64,000 nt of DNA, taken from positions 28,210,001-28,274,000 of the forward strand of contig CAIIXF020000001.1 of NCBI GenBank assembly GCA_903813345.2. The letters are read 5' to 3'. Origin of the DNA: Owenia fusiformis (Eukaryota). This document shows positions 1 to 10,320 of the stretch, piece by piece. Under the pieces are notes generated by a model that did no database searches, was not told the DNA's origin, and was given only the letters and a program-made list of their open reading frames with translations. How positions within the stretch are numbered: position 1 is the first letter of the stretch; each line of letters starts with the position of its first letter. The position numbers were made by a program, and so were the translations under genes.

Positions 1-2283
1 GTTTTCAAGAGTGGTGTCCATAGTGGTGCCAGTTGGAGATGCCTCTTCCTTAGACATGTCAATGCCATGTACCTTCTGCTTGTGTGTCTTCAGGAAATAT
101 TTATTGCAGACCTCCTTGTTACAGAGCTCACACATGACACGATCAGCAATCTTAGCAGCCATCATACTACCGAACATTGTCCCTTGTTGAGATTGCTGGA
201 GAGCCAGAAGAGGATCAGTCATGGCTTGGTTAACAAGGGGCTCAAGCTTCACAAGGTTGGCAGTTTCTTCAGCGAGGTCTTTGTGAATGACACCGTGCAT
301 GTTAATCTTGTGGACCTTGAGGCTGTAGAGATTTGTCAGCTCTTTGTTACAGATGTCACAGACAGTTGTCTCACTGTTTTCTGTCTTGCTACCCTCAGCA
401 GAGACCTTAGTGGAGGACGCCTCTGGTTTATCAGCATCCTTCGATGGACTTGCCTTGGCAGGGGATTCGGGATTGCCACCACCATAACTGCTCTTCTTCT
501 CTTCACTGTAAATACCATGTTTGTTGGCTTTGTGTACACGCAAGAAATACTTGTTAGTGAACTCTCTGAAACACAGCTCACAGAACGCTTCCTTGTTGAT
601 ATGGCGAAGTCTCTCAGGCGTGACTTGGACACCTTCAGCACCACTATTGGCAACATTCTTGATATGCGCAATGGAAGCAGAATCACCAGATGAGTTCTCT
701 TGCTTGGCTTGTTCTTCTGCTTGTTGGATTTGCTTATGCTGCTCAGCAGCCATGGCTTGGGCTTGCTGAGCCTGGGCTAAGACTGCCTGAAGCTGGGCCT
801 CTTGTATAGCCTGGGCTGCAATCTGGGGAGCCAGGGCATATTGGCCAGGGAGCATACTTTGTTGTTGTTGGATACCAGCCTGGATGAATGCCATAGGGGG
901 CATGAATGGGTTAATGAACATGACGTTAGACATGTTGGGTACACCACCCATGCTCTCAGCCATAGATGTCATATTAGGCATACTTTGGATTGGTGGTGGT
1001 AAAGAGAGATCTAGTGACTGGTGGGCTGACGTAATATCAGGCTGAGGAGAGGGTATCTTCGTGACTTGGGGTTGAGGCTGTGGAGGGGTGATCAAGGCTT
1101 GATTCTTTGGACTAGGGTCACTAGGAGCAGGTGAGGTAGTTGGGCGAGAAGTTGACTTCTGCTGTTGTTGTTGTTGGGCCTTTTGCTGCTCCCGCTGGCG
1201 CTTACGTTCTTCCACATTCACATTGTGCACATCTTTCATATGCTTTTTGAGGTAGTATTTGTTGCAGAAATGTTTCTGGCAGATGTCACAATAATCTTCC
1301 ATATCTGGTGTCAAACTTGTGGGAGTCATAGTAGTCAAGCTGGCCACAGTGAGATTCTTATTAGGGGCCGTCTTTTCTGGGGAGGGCTTCAGTAGGGGTA
1401 GCTGTGATGGGGCAGGTGGCTGGGGCAAAGGGACAAATGAAGGATAGGGCAGGCTGTTGCTAACAAAACTTGGGGTAGTGCTGGTTGACCCTATCGATGT
1501 GCCATCATATACACCATGCTTATTAGCTTTGTGTGTTTTAAGGAAATATTTGTTGCAGAATTCACGGTCGCAAAGCTCGCAGTAGGCATCCTGATGAAAT
1601 ATACGAGAGCCCTTACCACTACTGTCGCTACCATTGGAGTTAACAGGTAGGCCCTCCAGCATGCCCTCCATTGTCTGGCTCTGACTCTGGAATGGAGGTG
1701 ATGGGGGGTTACTCAAGGTTTGAGAGTCCTGATCATCTGCACGGTGAGATTCTGGCTTAATAGACTGGTAAAACTCATTACCAAGCTGGTGATATTTTGT
1801 GGGGAATTGCTCCTGGGGCTCGGGCTCATTTGTTATGTTCTCTTTCATGTGAACACTCTCGATATGTGTGTTAAGTAAATCTTTGGTTGGAAATGTTTCT
1901 GGGCATTGAGTACAGCTGTTCATATCAGTGTCCATATCTTGCTCTTCATTTTCACTTTTGTCACTACTTACAGCTGTATCTGCATCCCCATTGGTGGGCT
2001 TAGCTTGTGCCTGATTGGCTGAAACAGCGGCATCAGCTTCTGGATCATCCAATAATGATACCCGAATAGGTTTGGATTGTTTGCGTCGACTAGATTTCAT
2101 GCTGTTACGATTGTTAGCATTTATTTCCTGAGTTTCCATATCATCTGATTTATTCACAACCGTGTTCGTGATATCACCAATTTTGGTGGAAATGTTATCA
2201 TTGGCCATTGTGATGTCATTGTTTTGTGAATCCATAGTGATCATAGTGTTTTCTTGTATTATGTTTGGTCTCCTGGGCATCAT
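1..2283 (-). CDS. C2H2 zinc-finger protein, N-terminal 761 aa (continues beyond left edge)
   Basis: Manual translation: stop-free minus frame from ATG at 2283 (MMPRRPNIIQ...; upstream in-frame TGA at 2296-2298) to position 1 (...GTTMDTTLEN). Six C-x2-C-x12-H-x4-H fingers: CTQCPETFPTKDLLNTHIESVH (1849-1914), CELCDREFCNKYFLKTHKANKH (1516-1581), CDICQKHFCNKYYLKKHMKDVH (1225-1290), CELCFREFTNKYFLRVHKANKH (517-582), CDICNKELTNLYSLKVHKINMH (295-360), CELCNKEVCNKYFLKTHKQKVH (67-132). Q/P/A-rich linkers. Splice acceptor (tttatttttTCAG on minus) at 2317-2318. Confidence 0.95.
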   Translation of the reverse strand, partial: MMPRRPNIIQENTMITMDSQNNDITMANDNISTKIGDITNTVVNKSDDMETQEINANNRNSMKSSRRKQSKPIRVSLLDDPEADAAVSANQAQAKPTNGDADTAVSSDKSENEEQDMDTDMNSCTQCPETFPTKDLLNTHIESVHMKENITNEPEPQEQFPTKYHQLGNEFYQSIKPESHRADDQDSQTLSNPPSPPFQSQSQTMEGMLEGLPVNSNGSDSSGKGSRIFHQDAYCELCDREFCNKYFLKTHKANKHGVYDGTSIGSTSTTPSFVSNSLPYPSFVPLPQPPAPSQLPLLKPSPEKTAPNKNLTVASLTTMTPTSLTPDMEDYCDICQKHFCNKYYLKKHMKDVHNVNVEERKRQREQQKAQQQQQQKSTSRPTTSPAPSDPSPKNQALITPPQPQPQVTKIPSPQPDITSAHQSLDLSLPPPIQSMPNMTSMAESMGGVPNMSNVMFINPFMPPMAFIQAGIQQQQSMLPGQYALAPQIAAQAIQEAQLQAVLAQAQQAQAMAAEQHKQIQQAEEQAKQENSSGDSASIAHIKNVANSGAEGVQVTPERLRHINKEAFCELCFREFTNKYFLRVHKANKHGIYSEEKKSSYGGGNPESPAKASPSKDADKPEASSTKVSAEGSKTENSETTVCDICNKELTNLYSLKVHKINMHGVIHKDLAEETANLVKLEPLVNQAMTDPLLALQQSQQGTMFGSMMAAKIADRVMCELCNKEVCNKYFLKTHKQKVHGIDMSKEEASPTGTTMDTTLEN

Positions 2284-2347
2284 ATATTGACCCAGTCAGT
2301 TAGCGTCTTGTGAGTTCTGAAAAAATAAAGTCAAAACCTTTGAACGT

Positions 2348-2885
2348 AACTGCTCACAGTTCAGCGTATTACATGTAATTGTCTAAAGCTTTGTTTTTCA
2401 ATGCTTATATTATTAATGTTTATCATTTATTTTAAAGTCACATCCTTTTATTTGGTTGCTATGACAGTCATGAAAACTTTAATAATATGTAGGTTGTATT
2501 TTGAAGGCAACTGCTCACAGTTCAATGTCCATGTGTATGACATGTAATATTAATGTCAAAAGTTTTGTTTTTCAGCACTAATTAATGATCATCACCTATT
2601 TTAAAGTCACATCCTTTTATTTGGTTGCTATGACAGAGATGATAACTTTTAAGAAAAAAAATAATAGAGATAAATAATATGTAGGTTGTATTTTGAAGGC
2701 AACTGCTCACAGTTCAATATCCTTGTGAATTAAATGTAATATAAAAGTCAAAAGCTTTGTTTTTCAGTACTTATTAATGATCATCTACTTTAAAAGTCAC
2801 ATCCTTTTATTTGGTTGCTATGACAGGCATGATAACGTTTAAGAAAAAAATAATAAAAAAAGAATAATATGTAAGTTGTATTTTA
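2348..2885. repeat. Local tandem triplication, units about 160-190 bp
   Basis: AACTGCTCACAGTTCA starts at 2348, 2509 and 2701; each unit contains AAAGTCACATCCTTTTATTTGGTTGCTATGACAG. Confidence 0.9.
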
Positions 2886-5800
2886 ATCAAAACCTTTTTT
2901 TCCTGAATCAACATCATGAAGGAAGATAATGACTTATGTTCCAGTGAGTCAGCGTTAATTATAGAAAATTATGAGAAAACTAAAAAGTTTAAAGTTTGTA
3001 GAATTTTGATGAGCTCAACATCAAGTCATCATGACAATGTTAAGAATCTTTAAAATTATGTAAGCAACTAATATACAGAATAAGTGATGCATGTATAGAT
3101 AACTAGAAATTCAGAAATCAATGATACATTTGGTGTTGGTTTACCATTTATGATTTTAAATTTCAGTCAAATGACCATAAACTGAACAGAGTTCAATCTT
3201 CAACAAACCTGCATATGCGATACATATATTAGTAAATAGAAATGTTTTAAACGTCAATAATCAAAAACTGCATGTCTTAAAAGTCTACAAACTTCGAAGT
3301 CTCAAAATATTTTAAGTTCAACCTAAACTTCACTCAAGCAGGGCTACCACATGTTAGATATACTGCACCTATTTATAATAATCTTTCTACTGCTACTGAT
3401 TATGCAAAATCTTCATAATCATGATATTGCATAACTTGCTTAAGATTGAAATTCTATCTGAGTGTATAATTATCCTCATTAAAGCTTCTACATTAGAACC
3501 AGCGGGGTTCTTCAACTGCAGTTGGTCATTACAGATTTTTTCACAATCTAATTTTGTCCAAACTGCAAACTAATCATCCTAAGTTTCTTTGTTTAAGTAC
3601 TGATTACCAGGCATCCTGTCTACAGTATGTCATTTTTTATTGAATGTAGAACCAATTAAAATCTTGCAGTGTAAAATCTACAAGATGGTTGCAAAAACAA
3701 CATAATTCAATATGAGCTTGAAACAGAGGCAAAATTTATATATAACTACAGGCATGATGTTTCAGTTTTCAGTTCACGAGTTTTTGGTTTTATTTATCCG
3801 ATTATATCATTTGTTTCAAGAGAAAACCATCTTCCTGGTTTTTCATCTCAATACTTATGTCGCATTATGTTGATGAACAAACTTATAAATGTTAATGCTA
3901 TGAATTACATTTTGTTTGCTAATTGGTTTTGAAAGCTTCTTAGATTGTATATCAAATCCATCAAAGTAAAATAATGAAATTACTAATCCAAAGGCATTGA
4001 AATTGATTTTGCCACCAAGCATTAATATGAGATTTAATGAGGCCTTTTTAGTTGTATAATAAGCCAAACCTTGTATGTAATACAGGAATTTATTAGTTCT
4101 GAAGATTCAAGTTTCATTAGGACCTATTGTTTCATGCAAATCAATAACTAATGCAAGTATCATGCGATATCTTCTTCACTGACCAATTCAAGATTTTACT
4201 GAAAACAACAACAGTGAGACTCACTGGTTTAATAAGGGTGAAATTCAAAGCTCTAACAGCGCTAGCTTTGCAATCTCCTTATATAGAACTGTGTTATAAA
4301 TGCTAAGATATACCAAGTGCTGGCAAACGCTTGACTTTACAATCTTGAAATTCTTCCCTCTCCATTAAAACAGACCTGGCCTTTAAGTCTTAATGATAAA
4401 GATAGGGATGCACATAAAGTTTTCATAGAACATTAGTAATACCTAATCTTCTTAAATTATTCAGTTTATATGTGTGAGATCCTGCTGGCATTTTAATTAA
4501 TTACATTGGGATGTTTGCACATATACATGTATATGTGATAATTAAGGATGAACATGAAAGATAATACTGACCATCTTCCTGCCAGTGGCCCCAAATCTGA
4601 ATTTCAAAACAAACTGTCTAATTCCTGTTAAAATGAAAGTAATATCACTTAGAGTTGAAACCTTCCTGCTGCCCAAGGTCTTACATTTAACCAGAACAAG
4701 CTACAACATGATTTGCATTAAATTCATAAAAGTCTATTTATATCAAGAAGTTTTATTAGCAAACCAGCCTTCTAGCCTCTTCTGATAAGCTACTCTTCAG
4801 ATTTTCAAGATGGCCGACTCTTGGAATTAAATTTATAATTTTGATAATGTCAAAAAAGACTGGCTCGTATCTGATTACACTTTGGAAGTGCGCCAGTCAT
4901 TCTCAAGCACTTTATTGAATATTTGCTCATGATAAATTCCATAATTTGAACAGGCCTAACAAGCTTTCTTTGTGTAATTTAAGGATTAATTTTGATGCAT
5001 AATTGGGGAGGATGGTTTAACTTTGCTCTTATCTGCTACATATTGGCACCATACATCCTACTAATCTTAGAATAAACCAACGGATTGAATTTCAACTTGA
5101 AAATTAAAAGTTGAAAATGAAATCTGGAGATTTGGGGAATGATCAACATGAAATACATATCAATAATCTTGAAAAGTCTTACACGCTTAATGAGAGTCAT
5201 CAAAGCAAATAAGCCTTTCATATCAACGAAGCAGACCAAAATTTTAATAACCAAAAAATCAATAAATAACCTAACGATATTGACTTGTAATTTTCTCTTG
5301 GCCTTATGTAAGTATACATGTTAAGATACTTTGCTTTCACTATCTTAGCAACCAAAAATAAAGTAATGTCATATTTTAATACTCTTAAAATAAATCTACA
5401 TATAGGCATACATCCTAAGCATCAATATCTATCTAAAACATGCATGTAATTTTCCAGATGGCTTATTTACAAATTGTTCAATTGTACAAGCAGGCCTATT
5501 GATTTAATTTCAAGACCTCTGTTTCGCTACATTCTACACAATATTCATTTCACTTCTTTCTTACAGACCTTAAGATATCAAACTGCTTGTCTTCTCAATA
5601 AATTCTAATTTATTTTGCTTCGTGAATTGAAATGGAAAGTTCACATTTGATTGATCTAGCCTAATAATTTCATATTTCGCTGTCACATTGAGTCTTATTT
5701 CAAATAATCACCTTCGGAAAATTGTCTTACCCTTTTTTCCAAAGCTACACAGTTTAATTTGTAATTTCCGACTTGTTAAAGTTTGTAGTCCTGTTTTTGT

Positions 5801-6507
5801 TAGATGCCCTTTGAAGGATCTTGCACCCAAAGGATCATTAAAAATCTAATTTATTATTCTCATCGAAGAATGTCCTGTGTAATACTAATACCCAATAGAT
5901 TAAAATTTTCCACTTTTACGCAGTTTCTTAGTGCATTCAATCAATTTAATTTTCCATTTCAGGCCTACTAAATTAATTATTACTTCTGCAATTTACGACA
6001 GCAATTTGGCATATAAATTTTTAACTTCCCACGAACATCAATAATTCCACTAGCATAGAGTTCTCCTATATTGAATAAGTCAGCCTACTACAGGCGAAGA
6101 ATTTCAACTAATTTCAATGTGAGGCATTAGAGAATATTGATTCTCTGCGATGCTTTTTAAATCTCTCTGCCTCAATATATAAAATAGGAAATGGCAGCCA
6201 CTCAACGCATTTCCAATAACATTCTATTTTCATTTGATGTGAATTATGTTGATATCCAATATGTTTTTAAAATTTAAAGTAAAAAGACGACATTTCATTA
6301 TTTTCAACTTGAAGCTAACTTTTTCAAACAGAAACAAAAGAGATGATGTCATTGAAAACACTGAAATATTAAATCAATATACAGCAGAGAGTAGATAATA
6401 TTATATTCAAACAATAAACATGTAACAAAGGCTATTGTTATACATAATATATGAAATTCTAATTTAATTTCAAATTCATTATTGATTCATTTGAGATTTG
6501 ACAGATT

Positions 6508-7070
6508 CACCCTATGCTTAGTGAGCGGAGCTAATTTCAAGGGTGGTGGTAAAGACGAGGCAGGGCGCCCAAAAACCAAAAAATATTAGTACCATAATCT
6601 TTTAAGTCGTATTATTGCAGCATAAGGTGATGATATTGTGATATTTTATGCTGTTTTAGAAGTGAAAGATGTTAAACTATGCATACCGTTTGTTTTACAT
6701 CCAATAAAACGAATAGTTAAGATGAAACAGTCGTTTAAAGATACAATTTGAATTTACCGCAAGAAATTACAACCTTATATTGTCAATATGTCAATAATTC
6801 CTGATCGATGTCACATATAAAGATATATGTACCTAGATATGTTTTATTTTTTCATATATGCGAAATAAGGCGGTCTCTAGTTATGTACATCCAATGCAAA
6901 ATGAATGTTTACTAGAGTGTCTATTCGGCGATCAGAATTTCGATGACGAGCAATGGCGATGTAATTTGCGAAGAAAGCATCAGTGCACCTAGTTACAGGC
7001 CAGGTTTGGGCGCCATGCCTCGTCTTTACCATCACCCTTGAAATAAGGTCCGCTCACTAAGCATAGGGTG
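6508..7070. mobile_element. MITE, about 65-bp TIRs, 6-bp TSD (CAGATT)
   Basis: Left end CACCCTATGCTTAGTGAGCGGA...GGGCGCCCAAA is the near-perfect reverse complement of right end TTTGGGCGCC...TCCGCTCACTAAGCATAGGGTG. CAGATT at 6502-6507 and 7071-7076. Confidence 0.92.
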
Positions 7071-7255
7071 CAGATTGTTTCTCAACAAACTGACAGATAA
7101 AATTCTCCAACTTTAAATCAAGATTCCAGCATCTAAATAATGTTAAAACTTAAATAAAGTACGCAGTCGTGTGTATTAGATACTATTCTATTCTATTGTT
7201 ACAGTTTTGATGTTGTTTAGGTTAATTTAATAGAAGAAAACACTGCATAACTTAC

Positions 7256-7295
7256 CAGCTCAAAACGCACTTCTTACTGCTCTGGCCATTCTTTA
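7256..7295 (-). other. Candidate non-coding first exon of the zinc-finger gene (5' end approximate)
   Basis: Strong minus-strand donor CTG|GTAAGT (intron starts at 7255) next to the CpG-containing promoter-like element. It would splice to the acceptor at 2317-2318. Confidence 0.6.
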
Positions 7296-7330
7296 TTACC
7301 CACAATGCAATACTGTCATGGCGGCGCCCA
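7280..7330. promoter_or_regulatory. Candidate bidirectional promoter (ZNF143/Staf motif flanked by divergent YY1-like motifs)
   Basis: TACCCACAATGCA at 7297-7309. AATGGCC on minus (7284-7290) and CATGGCGGC on plus (7317-7325). Local CpG enrichment. Outward-facing donors at 7255 (-) and 7380 (+). Confidence 0.65.
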
Positions 7331-7379
7331 CGAAAATTAAACCACGTCAAATTTTCTGCGACTAAATTAACGTTTTCTC
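7312..7379 (+). other. Candidate non-coding first exon of the CAAP1-like gene (5' end approximate)
   Basis: Donor CTC|GTGAGT at 7380-7385. The next recognised plus-strand exon starts at 24185 or 24237, and its frame is closed upstream of the ATG. Confidence 0.5.
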
Positions 7380-8146
7380 GTGAGTATGACTTTATTTTGG
7401 TTTCAAACTTAGCTCACCTCGAATATAGAGTGTTGTGCTTAAGTAGGATACATCAAATTATGATTTTAACTACAAACAGCGTCAGAAGTTTGAAGATAAA
7501 CCCAGATTTAAAACACCTGCAATTTTGGTCGAGTCTATTATTTAAAAGTGGTGTTGGTCATTACTTATGCACCTAATCAAACCATACACGACTTTTAAAA
7601 CATCTTTTAATGCATTTGGGCATCCAATAGTGTAAGGTGTAGCATATGTGTACATACATATGTACATGAATGTACCATATATTAACAATTCAACTTTATT
7701 TACTTTCCTCTCACCCCTTTTAAAATAGTTGACGACCCCATCATACTCAGCATGTAAACATAATCTGAAATTATTGAAATGCTTTGTTTCAATTCAATAA
7801 TTATGGTTCATTGTGTAATGTGGTCAACACCTCACAGCATGACATATATGGCAATCACACTTTGTCTGAACTTTGAAATTGAACAGACAGATACATTGCC
7901 TCTCTGACTTGTGCCTCAGATCAGTAGACATGATCAATGTCCTAGCCTTGCCCAAGTCCATAATCTGTTATAAGGGGTTGGAAATTATATATCAAGACAT
8001 GTTGGAGGGATTTCACTCAGATTTTTGTATTTATGTTGAAATATTTTTAAAATTCAGAAAAAGTGATAGAGATGCCTCAAACACATTGTTTTTTCATGTC
8101 TGCATCGTACATTGGGAGCATATGAGCATCTATAGGTGCCAATATA

Positions 8147-9139
8147 CAAGGGGCGATCCATATATTCTAATAAAAATATTGTTTCACATATCCCTCACAT
8201 GTAGATTATGTAATTACATGTACACATACAATGCTAGAATATTTTAGCTATATCTTAAATTAATTTTGAGATATTTCCATGGTAACCTGTATTTAGGGTA
8301 GGCAGGTCAGTTAAATTATAACATATAAAATAGATGAATTTGTTAATTTAATCATTCCTCAGTACCTATTTTAAGCAGATCAACGCATCTTCAGGTCATT
8401 GCCAACTATTCGTTGAACTGTTCCGTGCCCCTGTTGCCCTTGTTTGATAATTTCCACAGTGGGATAGTTCTCTCTTCATAAATTGCATCTCAAATTATTG
8501 TAGTATTATTCTCTGTCTGCAAGCACTTCTTACAACCAGATTGTGTATGATCTTCAACAGTGACCTTGCCTTCCTTAAATTTGCAATACTACCTATAGAT
8601 ACGTGGAGCAGATATAACACCTTGCCCACACACCATGTATGTCTTACTTATTCTTGATAGTACATAAAATCTAATGGTACTCCTAATGTATCTGTGCATC
8701 AGCCATACTAACCTCATCTGACATTTGAATTTTTGGTGTGTCCTATGACATGTATGCCAATTGCTACATTCTGTCATACATTGCTATTGTGAATTGTTGT
8801 GATGTTATTAGTGAGCACAAATAAACATTTGTTTAGCAACAAACAACGAGCAACAATACCAAACTTTTTTAGAAAAAATGTATGATTTCTGCGTGCTTTA
8901 AAATAATTAAAATAACAAGTTATTATGCTATTTTACAGCTTATAATTTAATTGACCCGCCTACCCTTAATACAGGTTACCATGGCAACCCTATCATTTAA
9001 TCAGTTTAGGATATAGTTAAAGTATTTTAGCATTGTATGTGTAATTACATAATCTACATGTTCTGAAAAAATGAAAGGGATATGTGAAACAAATCACAAG
9101 ATGAGAGTATTTTTATCTGAATATATGGATTGCCCCTTG
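8147..9139 (-). mobile_element. Decayed, internally deleted mariner-like element
   Basis: TA|CAAGGGGCGATCCATATATTC ... GAATATATGGATTGCCCCTTG|TA, with imperfect inverted arms of about 175-200 bp. Minus-strand remnants resemble a mariner transposase N-terminus: IRSTIRFY...VCGQGVISAPRIYR, HGTVQRIVGNDLKMR, then a decayed SAKWVP-like tract. Confidence 0.75.
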
Positions 9140-10138
9140 TATAAGTATACCAAGCCTTAGGTACATTTAAAAATATTTGGGATCTAAATTCTTAAAGTTT
9201 GGGTCATCTTTTAAATTGGACACAAATGATAGAATGTTGCAGTTTTGACAAGATAGCCTAAAAAACTTAAAAGTGGCAAAGTACTTGTAGATTTTCTGGG
9301 TTTCAGCATGGGCTTTCAGTGGAGAATGGTAAAAAATGCCAGTGTTATTATTGAAACTAAAATTTCACTCAGAGAGTATTATTCAGCCTGTCATTGGGAG
9401 TGACCATAAAATGAAGATTTAGAGAAAGTGAACTCATTGCCATGTTTGTCACAGGTCTAAAGAGTGAGACAAAGTCCAGCACTCTGACAAAGAGTACTCC
9501 AACTGAAACACCAGGCTAACACTACTGACCTTTAACCACTCTCTCTTTGAGTATGATTGTACATTTTACAAATATTTTAAAGCAGCAATGCCTATGTTAC
9601 CCCCTTCTAACTAAACAAAAGACAAACTTCATTCTGAAAGAGAGATAGGGAAGGCACTAAAGACAGAAATATGCAAGGCTCTACAACATCTGGACATTTT
9701 GTGTTATCTTTGAAATTCATGGCTAAACTGGGTCAGGATACTGGTGTGAGTTACAGAAATTATGAGAGAATTTGCTGAAAGTGAAATGTAGAAAAATATC
9801 AATACAATTGGTTTAGAAAGCAGGCATATTTGTATTATTGAACAATCTTTAGTAGCTTTTTGTTGTTCTTTTCAGTATAGCATTGAATCTGTTGATTTTA
9901 AAGCTTAAGTTTGAATTGAGTGATGGGATGCTATATAAAAATCATTATCCTTGTCACATTTAAGTATTGATAAAAAATAAGTTGATCTGGATTATGATAA
10001 TTAGACCCGTTACCTGAAATGGAAACTCCACATTGGTTGAGAAAAGCGATCACATGATTAAAATCAAAGGCTTCTTCTATTGATAACCATATATAGCAAT
10101 ATATCTAGCTTATTATCCTAGCAAACAAAGTGAAGGGC

Positions 10139-10320
10139 CAGTGGCGGACCTAAGAATTAAGAAGGGGGGGGGGCAAAGTTTGAGTCAGGAAAAAAAATTT
10201 GGGCCCTTAAATCAAAAATTGGGCCCAAATTTTAAAAAATTAAGGCCCATTTTGATAAATTGGCCAAAAAGGCCAAATTATGGCCAAAAGGCCCATTTTT
10301 TGAGGCCCTACAAAATTTTA
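10139..10320 (+). repeat. Fragment of a CAGTGGCGGA-type dispersed repeat with internal GGGCCC/GGCC subrepeats
   Basis: CAGTGGCGGACCTAAGAATTAAGAAG(G)n followed by recurring AATTxGGCCC units. A related reverse fragment lies at about 36920-37017. Confidence 0.5.

Noticed and set aside
1003..1020. QSLDLS as a CtBP-binding PxDLS motif
   Set aside because: It lacks the proline; too weak to call without conservation data.
67..1395. Plus-strand ORFs 67..693, 521..769, 802..1002, 1165..1395 and minus ORF 336..686
   Set aside because: Antisense or alternate-frame shadows of the zinc-finger exon, with no recognisable domains.
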